Of a stretch of DNA of 64,000 nt, positions 50,053 through 57,451 are shown piece by piece. The notes below the pieces were generated by a model that saw nothing but the letters and a program-made list of their open reading frames with translations, did no database searches and had not been told where the DNA came from. The DNA is from a virus (Duplodnaviria > Caudoviricetes). Position 1 is the stretch's first letter; every line of letters begins with the position of its first letter. The stretch spans positions 32,001 to 96,000 of IMG/VR virus record IMGVR_UViG_3300028048_000086; one strand, written 5' to 3'. A program made the position numbers and the translations under genes.

Positions 50053-51264
50053 TCAGCTCCTTTTCGTTTTCTCGAGGATATGAGCATAGCGGCGATAAAT
50101 TTCGCTGTTCGTATCCATTTTCATCTCTTTCTCTTCTTCTGTCTTCTTCCACTTGCCTTCGTGCTTCTCGATAATTCCCGAAATAATGGGATCGAGATGT
50201 TCTGGATGAAGACTCTGAATCTGAAGGCAGAGAGAATATATAGAATCAGCGATACCGCCATTCCGGAATACACGATTTAAATAAGCTCCCGTATGGCATT
50301 CTTCCGGCTGGACGATAACGCGAAGAATCGCTTTGAAAATGGCGACTTTATAGTTTTTTCGAACGATATACGTCACGAAACTCTCGTCAGCGCCGAGTCG
50401 CCGCATATAGTCCATCAAAACTTCCCACGAAGGAGTGTCATCTTGATCGATTGCCTTGACATTCGGCTTCTCGAAGAACATCGGGCGCTCCTTCGTCGGC
50501 ATAATCGAGATGTCGAAGTTATATCCGTCGATTCTCTTGCTGCCGGCGGCCGTCGTCGAGGAAAAATCAGTGACACGAATCTGAGAATAAACGTTTTTAT
50601 TGATATCTTGAATCGCTCGTTTCAAGACTCTTTCCTGATAATTTCCTTTCGTCATGTGAGTCGCCGGAGGAACGATCTTCACGATATCGTCATAAGATAC
50701 ATGAATCAGATATTTAGAACCGTACTCGTTATTCTGCTGACGCATTTCGTAGATCGTAGCTACGATCCAGTTCGTTAGGGAGTAAGAATACTGAGATTTC
50801 GAATTCAGATAAAATTCAGCCGGTATTTGAAGATCAGGGGAGGACGCGACGAAATTTCGATAATATTCTTCGTATCGAGGATTTACTTCGATATGGATTA
50901 CGCCGTCATCATTGATACGGATATAGCTATACATCGCGAATGCGCCGACAGTCGTTAGTTCTCCTTCTCGATAGCCGACGATTTTCTGAGCGAAATAGTT
51001 ATCTGAAAGAGTTTTGACGGCTTCCGCGCACTGCTTGACAACATCCCGTGGGCGCTTGCCGCGAAGATGTGCGATGGTCGCTGTATCGATATCGAGAGAT
51101 AGATTATGCTCGTCTCGCTTGACAGCTTCTTGAATACTCTGCTGAATGCAGACGATGATATACATCTCACCTTTATTCAGAGATCTATTGGGAATTGACT
51201 TTGCGAGGGGAGTATCGTACCACAAAGAAAGCTGTTCCGTTCTTGCCGCTACCTCTTTTGCCAT
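50053..51264 (-). CDS. Plasmid-type replication initiator (Rep_3/RepB-like), 403 aa
   Basis: KSQYSYSL...VSYDDI...YQERVLKRAIQDIN...GSKRIDGYNFDI fits the Rep_3 winged-helix pattern; ATG 51264 has a GAAGGAGGT RBS (better than the track's TTG at 51324); iterons adjacent. Confidence 0.8.
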   Translation of the reverse strand: MAKEVAARTEQLSLWYDTPLAKSIPNRSLNKGEMYIIVCIQQSIQEAVKRDEHNLSLDIDTATIAHLRGKRPRDVVKQCAEAVKTLSDNYFAQKIVGYREGELTTVGAFAMYSYIRINDDGVIHIEVNPRYEEYYRNFVASSPDLQIPAEFYLNSKSQYSYSLTNWIVATIYEMRQQNNEYGSKYLIHVSYDDIVKIVPPATHMTKGNYQERVLKRAIQDINKNVYSQIRVTDFSSTTAAGSKRIDGYNFDISIMPTKERPMFFEKPNVKAIDQDDTPSWEVLMDYMRRLGADESFVTYIVRKNYKVAIFKAILRVIVQPEECHTGAYLNRVFRNGGIADSIYSLCLQIQSLHPEHLDPIISGIIEKHEGKWKKTEEEKEMKMDTNSEIYRRYAHILEKTKRS

Positions 51265-51295
51265 CTTTCTCAGACCTCCTTCTATCTCGGATACT

Positions 51296-51324
51296 AGCGT
51301 ATCATTCGATGAAGGATTCGTCAA
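51296..51324 (-). promoter_or_regulatory. SigmaA-type promoter for rep
   Basis: TTGACG-17 nt-TACGCT with TG extension; an iteron copy lies immediately upstream (51328-51339). Confidence 0.6.
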
Positions 51325-51327
51325 CGC

Positions 51328-51672
51328 GCGAAAAATGTATAAATAGAAAAATACGCCGAAGCATCTACTTACGTATCTAGTATAGAATCGTATCTTACTA
51401 ATTTATCAGGAGTGAGCTATTAGAATAGAGTCGGCCGAGCGCTCCGCGAAGCCGCGCCAGCTCTAGCTCCGTCTTTTACATTTTTCGCCTTGATTTACAT
51501 TTTTCGCGGCGTATTCTACATTTTTCGTCGGTATTTATACATTTCTCGCGTCTCGATAGAGTTATTTTTACGTTTTTCGCGTTACCTGTGGATAAGTAAG
51601 TGGATAACGTGGATGAAACGGCGAAAATACTGTGGATAACTGCGTTCTTTCTTCTAGAACACGAAAAATGTA
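51328..51672. repeat. Iteron-type replication origin with DnaA boxes
   Basis: TACATTTTTCGC-like repeats at 51477, 51496, 51517, 51538, 51569; inverted copies at 51328 and 51661; DnaA boxes TGTGGATAA at 51587 and 51631, one-mismatch box at 51599. Confidence 0.85.
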
Positions 51673-51693
51673 TAAATAGGTCAAAAATATTTT

Positions 51694-52647
51694 TTAGAAC
51701 GGGTTCGAGTAGAGGTCTTCGTTCGATTGTTGCCCTCTCGAACTAGCCATTCCTAGTACGCTAGCTCCGATTGTACCGGCGGCAACTAACTGCGGCCCAT
51801 GATATCCGTTGAAATAATCCTGCATTCCTGGGCCTTTCTTTGCTTGTTTTTGAAGAGTATCTTGAATCGCATCCATCGTATTCTGGTTTTCACCGACCTC
51901 GACGCCATGATCTTTTAGAACTTTATCGTATTCTTCCTGATTCTTGGCTCCGCGAAGGTCACCGAGAATCTCATCACCTTTCGCGGTAAGACGTTTGCCC
52001 ATAGCTTTCTCGGCACGTTTCTCGCCGATTTCCCCGATATTAAAGCTACCACCCGATTGTTTTTGCCAGTCTTCGATTGCCTGATCTGTCTGCTGTTGAA
52101 ATTCATTCGGTTTATCTCTCCAGCGGCTGAAGAATCCGCCATTTTTCTTTTCTTCTTTCGGCGTTTCTCCCGTAGGTTTTTCTTCTCTCGGAACCGTATT
52201 TTCAGAAGCAGCTTTTTTCTCTCCGCCCATAGGGGCATAATCTATATCTTCATAACCAGATGACTTCGCTCCAGTAAGTGGATCTCTTTCGTCTCCCGTT
52301 ACGCCTTTGGCCGGAGTAGCCGTCGGAGTTTCTCTCGGTGGTTTTTCTCCTCGCGTTCTAGCTTCAGTAACTTGATCCGTCATGTCTCCGTTTCGAGATA
52401 TCGCCGGAGTAGGTTCTTGAGGAACAGTAGTTTTTGAACCTTCTGTTTTAGGCGGACGAGGAGGTTCGATACTAGGTGCTGAAGAAGTTTTTTCTTCTTC
52501 TATCTCTTCGATAAGTCGAATGAGTTTTTCTTTGTCTTCTTCGAGTTCTTTGAATTCTCCTAGCGTACTTCCTTTCGGAATTACTTTTTTAGTACCGATT
52601 CCGACAGCTTTTTTAGCACCTTTTAACAGCTCGCCAATTGCGGCCAT
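51694..52647 (-). CDS. Hypothetical protein (317 aa), disordered, hydrophobic C-terminal segment
   Basis: GAGGTG RBS; in the leftward operon. Confidence 0.6.
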   Translation of the reverse strand: MAAIGELLKGAKKAVGIGTKKVIPKGSTLGEFKELEEDKEKLIRLIEEIEEEKTSSAPSIEPPRPPKTEGSKTTVPQEPTPAISRNGDMTDQVTEARTRGEKPPRETPTATPAKGVTGDERDPLTGAKSSGYEDIDYAPMGGEKKAASENTVPREEKPTGETPKEEKKNGGFFSRWRDKPNEFQQQTDQAIEDWQKQSGGSFNIGEIGEKRAEKAMGKRLTAKGDEILGDLRGAKNQEEYDKVLKDHGVEVGENQNTMDAIQDTLQKQAKKGPGMQDYFNGYHGPQLVAAGTIGASVLGMASSRGQQSNEDLYSNPF

Positions 52648-52657
52648 TCAATTCACC

Positions 52658-53083
52658 TCACTTCATCATGTATTTAGCTTCATTCCCTAGCAAAGCTTGC
52701 TGCGTATTATACTGAGATCTCTTCGCGATCTCCATTCCCCGTTGACGCATCGTGTATGTCTGTTGCGTATCGTTGAAATGAGCATTCGAGAAAGCCATAT
52801 TCGATTGCTCCATCGCGACCTGGCGACGTTTTTGATGCAGGGCCTCGCCGCCACTGATAAGTAGCTGGGGAACTTCTTTCACGGCTTCGACCGCCATATA
52901 AGCGGGAAAGGAAAGAAGCATCGGGAGAGCTGCCTCAACCGCCGCTCCGGCCACTGCGCCCGCTTTCGATGATCCTTCCTGTCTCGCCTGTTGATAAGCA
53001 TCGACGCCAGAATAAGCACCGAGACCGACATTAAAAGCCGTTCCTTTATGTTTCCAGAGAGCTGACGCTATCGCTTTGATCAT
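52658..53083 (-). CDS. Hypothetical Gly/Ala-rich protein (141 aa)
   Basis: Operonic ORF with a hydrophobic middle segment. Confidence 0.6.
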   Translation of the reverse strand: MIKAIASALWKHKGTAFNVGLGAYSGVDAYQQARQEGSSKAGAVAGAAVEAALPMLLSFPAYMAVEAVKEVPQLLISGGEALHQKRRQVAMEQSNMAFSNAHFNDTQQTYTMRQRGMEIAKRSQYNTQQALLGNEAKYMMK

Positions 53084-53105
53084 TCGTATTCATCTCTTTT
53101 CTGTT

Positions 53106-53711
53106 TTATCCATGACGATTCGCGTGGAGAGCGAAAACCAGGTCTCCCGTCGCGCCGCCATTATTCAAAGTACCGTAGGTTTCCTTCTGCATTGAAGGCG
53201 TCGCGGTCACTACGCCGCCGGACATCGTACCCATCTGACGTTTATCCATAGCGTCTACGCCTTCCATGGTAGATACGATAGCGCCGGGAACGATTAATCC
53301 GGCAAGCATCTTCTTCGAAGCCGAAAAATGAGCGTCGGTATGATGAACTTTACCCGTGTCTTTATCGTACTTGCTTGTCGCGTATTTCCATTCGCCCGTG
53401 CCTTTGATGCCGTTTTTTACGTTCGCGGCCATTCGCCCGACGAGGTTATGAGATGCTCTAGGATCCGACATTCCGGCTCTGGCATCCTTCACTAAGAACT
53501 TACCGGCTTTATAAGCTAATTCGGCTCCTTTTACTCCCAGAGCTGCGCCTGTCTTGGTAGCTTCCACGGCCATTTTCCCGGTTTTTATTTCGGCTCGACC
53601 CATCGCGCCTAATCCAGCCATCGTAGCTTTCCCTACTCCGTGAGCTACCGTAGCTGCTCCGGCTTTCGCCATATTGCCGGCAATATTCTTGATAATAGAG
53701 AGTCTAGACAT
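53106..53711 (-). CDS. Hypothetical Gly/Ala-rich protein (201 aa)
   Basis: Operonic ORF ending GATGDLVFALH. Confidence 0.6.
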   Translation of the reverse strand: MSRLSIIKNIAGNMAKAGAATVAHGVGKATMAGLGAMGRAEIKTGKMAVEATKTGAALGVKGAELAYKAGKFLVKDARAGMSDPRASHNLVGRMAANVKNGIKGTGEWKYATSKYDKDTGKVHHTDAHFSASKKMLAGLIVPGAIVSTMEGVDAMDKRQMGTMSGGVVTATPSMQKETYGTLNNGGATGDLVFALHANRHG

Positions 53712-53727
53712 CTAATTCCTTCTCTCG

Positions 53728-54132
53728 TTAGATAAACGGAATACCGATTAAATCGAAATTACCGTCGCTATCGCGGTAGAGACCTCCGCCCGACGCGACA
53801 CGGCCAGCCGCTGAAACACCCATATAGCCACCGGCGATGGTACCTCCGATCGCCGTCTTGTTCCATGACCCATCATCATTCTTATACATGGCTTTTAGAC
53901 GATCTGTATTCGAGATCTTAGCTTGATTACCATTTTTATCCAACAGTTTTTTCTCTGGTCCCGTTCCTTCGACTTTATACCCGAGCTTGTCGGCGATCTT
54001 CGTATTCCCGAGAATACGCTCGTCCATCTGGCTCTTCCATGTATCTTTTACTGCCGTTCTAAGGTTGTTAATTGGCTGATTTGAATGAAGTACCGTAGAA
54101 CCTACGTTCTTCATTAGTCCGAACATGCCCAT
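53728..54132 (-). CDS. Hypothetical Gly-rich protein (134 aa)
   Basis: AGGAGG RBS; C-terminal GGGLYRD..GNFDLIGIPFI. Confidence 0.6.
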   Translation of the reverse strand: MGMFGLMKNVGSTVLHSNQPINNLRTAVKDTWKSQMDERILGNTKIADKLGYKVEGTGPEKKLLDKNGNQAKISNTDRLKAMYKNDDGSWNKTAIGGTIAGGYMGVSAAGRVASGGGLYRDSDGNFDLIGIPFI

Positions 54133-54231
54133 CCTTCTTAGTCCTCCTTATATATTTTTATTGAATATAGAGCTTATATTAACGAACTTATAATAAGATC
54201 TACCCGGCGAATTTTTCTATCCGAAAAAGCG

Positions 54232-54981
54232 TTATTCTTCGGGAGTCACCGAGATGGTATCGAGAGCGTCGTATAGAGCCTTGGATACCGAGGAACCTTC
54301 CTCGTCCTCGTCCTTGCTCTTCGACTTATCTTTACGGGTCATCATCAGTAACTGATATGTCTGGTCTCTCTTCTTGGAAATCTTCTCGTAAGCTTCCCAC
54401 GCCTTCGAGACGGCCGGCTGGCGAATCTCATTACCTTCACTATCTACGCCGATTGCCATGTCGATAACGGGAGTACCGTCTTTCGCCATTAACGCCTTAC
54501 AGCGCTCCAGCATGACATCCAGCATAATCAGTTCACTTAATAGATTCTTATCGGTGAACGACGCCGTATCGAAATCAATATCTTTGGCGTAGCCATTGGC
54601 TCTCAAGTCAATCTGAGCGATTTCTACGGCGCAGTATTCTCCGATCGGAGCCATATCGTAGGGGAGGAGAGGGCATTGATCAGAATAAGGGCACCCTTCT
54701 CCTTTACATACGAGCGGCACGCGAGCATGCATGCCATTCTTGGTAGATAAAGCCGCCATCGCCAGCTTCACCGATTGCTGTGCCCGCGACGTAATTCCCC
54801 AGGGATTATTTCTCTCTTTCACCTCGGCAACGAGAGTCTTCGTCTTACTCTTGATATCTTCCTCGGTATCTCCCAAGAGATATTCTTCTTCTTCATCTTC
54901 TTTTTCTACTTCAAGATTCTCCCATGGGCCTTTCTTTTTCTTTTCTTCAGTCTTCTTGGTAGAAGTCTTCCTTTTGGCCAC
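54232..54981 (-). CDS. Cys-cluster protein, possible terminase small subunit
   Basis: CKGEGCPYSDQCP...YC, helical C-terminal half ending LLMMTRKDK; near the start of the packaging operon. The TerS role is inference only. Confidence 0.45.
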   Translation of the reverse strand: MAKRKTSTKKTEEKKKKGPWENLEVEKEDEEEEYLLGDTEEDIKSKTKTLVAEVKERNNPWGITSRAQQSVKLAMAALSTKNGMHARVPLVCKGEGCPYSDQCPLLPYDMAPIGEYCAVEIAQIDLRANGYAKDIDFDTASFTDKNLLSELIMLDVMLERCKALMAKDGTPVIDMAIGVDSEGNEIRQPAVSKAWEAYEKISKKRDQTYQLLMMTRKDKSKSKDEDEEGSSVSKALYDALDTISVTPEE

Positions 54982-55264
54982 TGATCTTCACCTCCTCGAA
55001 TTTGCTATCCATACCGTAGCTCTTCGCCGTGAAATAATACGCGATCGTATCTTCCTCTGATCCGAACTTACATTGATAGACATGGATCCCCTTTAATAGA
55101 TATCTTTCATTCTCAAGCGATTCCAGCGGGCTTAAATAACCAGCCTCGGTCGTCAGTATCCCTGATATCTCGCTCAACGGCTGATCCTCTCCTCGATCGA
55201 TAATCAGGTCGAACGTAAATTCTCCATCGATCACTACCGCGTTATTCACCAATATCTTAGACAT
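54947..55264 (-). CDS. Hypothetical protein (105 aa), first gene of the leftward module
   Basis: ORF with RBS, overlaps the next gene. Confidence 0.55.
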   Translation of the reverse strand: MSKILVNNAVVIDGEFTFDLIIDRGEDQPLSEISGILTTEAGYLSPLESLENERYLLKGIHVYQCKFGSEEDTIAYYFTAKSYGMDSKFEEVKISGQKEDFYQED

Positions 55265-55515
55265 TCTTCAAATCATCCCTTTCTCTTATATACTTATTTC
55301 TCTCTTCTACCAATTACCATTACCCCTCTAAAAACTTATCCTTTCCACCCTCATCTACGAAATGTAAAAAGCCTATAGAGAAGCGAAAAATGTAAAAATT
55401 CTCCTCGAGTACTAGGTAAGTATGAGGAAATCTTTGAACGAGAATTCGAGCCCCCGGGTAAGGTTCTCGCCGAAATTACCTCGTGCCAATGGCATTCAGT
55501 GCCATTTTTTCAATG

Positions 55516-55548
55516 AAAAAGAGACCGTCTCGCACACGGTCTCTTTTT
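55516..55548. terminator. Bidirectional terminator-like hairpin
   Basis: AAAAAGAGACCGT-ctcgcac-ACGGTCTCTTTTT. Confidence 0.6.
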
Positions 55549-55577
55549 ATGTCAACCATCGTAGGAGGATGATTGCT

Positions 55578-55766
55578 ATGTTTAACTATGTCAACAACTA
55601 CACTGCCGCTGATTTCGATGACCTCCGCCTTATGAAACTCAAGGAGCTCATCGAAAGTTCCGAAGCAAAAGGCTGGAACGTCTTCGTCAAGAAGACGTCG
55701 ACGCAGCTTCAGTGGTGGCGCCGCAAGGGCCACCTCGTTCAGATGCTCTGGAAGGAAAATCGCTGA
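55578..55766 (+). CDS. Small hypothetical early protein (62 aa)
   Basis: AGGAGG at 55563-55568 then ATG 55578 (MFNYVNN...); 3' part of track ORF 55422-55766. Confidence 0.6.
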   Translation: MFNYVNNYTAADFDDLRLMKLKELIESSEAKGWNVFVKKTSTQLQWWRRKGHLVQMLWKENR

Positions 55767-55934
55767 CGGTAGAGCACGAGGGCATATACTTGGTGTTTAC
55801 TAGGTATATGCCCTCTGCTGTGTCGTCAGACACATGGTTGAAACACCTAAAGAATGCTCGAATCGTCACGGAGTGTCTCTCCCGCTCTTGGCTACTCTCC
55901 ACCCTCTATCTTGAATAGAAGGGAGGTACGAACC

Positions 55935-56112
55935 ATGATGAAGAAGTACAAAGTCTCCGGGATCATTCTTGACAAAAAATGACTTCGGAAGAAGGTTCGA
56001 GCGTGTCGTCTTTGCCAGTAACCGCGAGGAAGCTGGCAAGGCCGCGATGAGAACGTTGCGTCTCTATCGTGGAGACATTGTCCGTGACGTTCAAATCACC
56101 GAGATCCAGTAA
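55935..56112 (+). pseudogene. Small ORF (58 aa) frameshifted in an A6 run
   Basis: GGGAGG RBS, MMKKYKVSGIILDK then TGA; removing one A from 55974-55979 gives NDFGRRFERVVFASNREEAG...ITEIQ*. Confidence 0.55.
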
Positions 56113-56184
56113 CGTGGATCGCTTGAGGTGATTTCAACGTCATGTGCAGATACCGGATGACCCAACGCTCGGTATCTGCTTTAT

Positions 56185-56213
56185 ATAATAAATCGGCTTG
56201 GCTACGAGGTCAA
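56185..56213 (-). promoter_or_regulatory. SigmaA-type promoter antisense to the rightward operon
   Basis: TTGACC-17 nt-TATTAT on the - strand. Confidence 0.55.
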
Positions 56214-56287
56214 GTCTTTTTATATTTTTGTTTATTTATTTGATGCCGCCTATCTCGGCGGGGTAGAAATAGAATAGGAGGATTATC

Positions 56288-56578
56288 ATGTTCACACTTA
56301 TCTCTGCTATCGTTGCTGTTGTTCTCTATGTCGTTATCAACCATGATAACGATAATGTAGCTACTGCTGAGATGACAGTCGCTAATAAGCCGGAGAAAGA
56401 TCTCTCTGGAGAAGTCGCTCTTAAACTGATGCGCAAGGATGCTCATCGCATCTGGAATGCGTACCAGAAAGGCATTCTTGACGAATCTAGCAACGAGTTC
56501 GCTGCTATGATTCGTTTCCATCAGGCATGCCGCACGTGCCGCACGGCTCGCGTTATCGCGTACTGCGTGGCACACTAA
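56288..56578 (+). CDS. Hypothetical protein with N-terminal hydrophobic helix
   Basis: AGGAGG RBS; MFTLISAIVAVVLYVVI. Confidence 0.6.
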   Translation: MFTLISAIVAVVLYVVINHDNDNVATAEMTVANKPEKDLSGEVALKLMRKDAHRIWNAYQKGILDESSNEFAAMIRFHQACRTCRTARVIAYCVAH

Positions 56579-56632
56579 TCGTCATTTCGTAAAGCTGTCC
56601 TAGCCGGCTATACGGGGATATAGGGGGATATC

Positions 56633-57163
56633 ATGAAAAACTATCTTGTTTTTATTCTGTTATGGATTTTTTCTAAAATCGACAAACTTCTTGCTTCTAA
56701 AGAAGAAAAGAAACTTTTTCGCAAATGCACTCTTCGCGTCAATGCTTATATTGACGAAGAGTGCAAAAAACTCCATATCAAAAAGCCTCTCGTCGTAATC
56801 GGACTCATTAGCAATCCGACGACGAGAGGCGAATGCATTCGCGAAGGCCATGTTATCCGTATCGATCCGTTGAAAGGAGATGAGTATCTTACTACTTTAA
56901 GACACGAGCTTCGTCATGTGTGGCAATGGACATACCGTGAAGATATTATCCGTTGGACGCATGAAAATATCGAGAGGAATGACGATGACAGCTATCGTTA
57001 CAATCCTGTCGAGATTGACGCTCGTCATTATGCCGAGTTTCATGATGATAATGGCATAATGGATATTCCCGTCGCTGTCCTGGAGAAAATGAACGAGAAT
57101 GGCAAGCTTACTCAAAAGCTGAAAGCTTTGCTTACCGTTTCTCTTGATAATAGCGACGTCTAA
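56633..57163 (+). CDS. HExxH zinc metallopeptidase-like protein
   Basis: LRHELRHVWQ plus Y..NPVEIDARHYA. Confidence 0.7.
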   Translation: MKNYLVFILLWIFSKIDKLLASKEEKKLFRKCTLRVNAYIDEECKKLHIKKPLVVIGLISNPTTRGECIREGHVIRIDPLKGDEYLTTLRHELRHVWQWTYREDIIRWTHENIERNDDDSYRYNPVEIDARHYAEFHDDNGIMDIPVAVLEKMNENGKLTQKLKALLTVSLDNSDV

Positions 57164-57323
57164 AGCGATTGTTTTCTATCCATTTTTGACGATTTTTCAG
57201 TATTTCGTCCATCGTGTCGCCAACGAAATCGACCTCGGCATTTTTTTCGAGTTGGAATTCAATATATTCGTTGATCATGTGATAGAAATCTATAATCCAT
57301 TCTTTTAAAGTCATTTTGTTCAC
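57132..57323 (-). CDS. Small counter-oriented hypothetical protein (63 aa)
   Basis: AT-rich ORF filling an intergenic gap, directly downstream of a sigmaA-type promoter. Confidence 0.5.
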   Translation of the reverse strand: MNKMTLKEWIIDFYHMINEYIEFQLEKNAEVDFVGDTMDEILKNRQKWIENNRFRRRYYQEKR

Positions 57324-57332
57324 CTCGCCTCT

Positions 57333-57361
57333 ATTTTACTTCTTTTGAATAGGGGCGTCAA
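57333..57361 (-). promoter_or_regulatory. SigmaA-type promoter (leftward)
   Basis: TTGACG-17 nt-TAAAAT on the - strand. Confidence 0.65.
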
Positions 57362-57451
57362 TTGTCTTCGCTCTCCTTGGGGGAGGCCAGACGTTAAAGA
57401 GGCCGTTGAAGTGTTTTTGTATAGACATGAATTCTAAAGGAGGAATATATC

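Noticed and set aside
51477-51580. Possible mini-CRISPR array
   Set aside because: 12-bp repeats with 7-19 nt gaps next to DnaA boxes and rep fit iterons; no cas genes
55527-55555. Fourth leftward sigmaA promoter (TTGACA at 55550-55555)
   Set aside because: No acceptable -10 at 16-18 nt spacing
57364-57420. Pistol ribozyme suggested by ACGTTAAA
   Set aside because: Downstream P2/P3 and cleavage-site elements could not be identified; kept only as a possible pseudoknot
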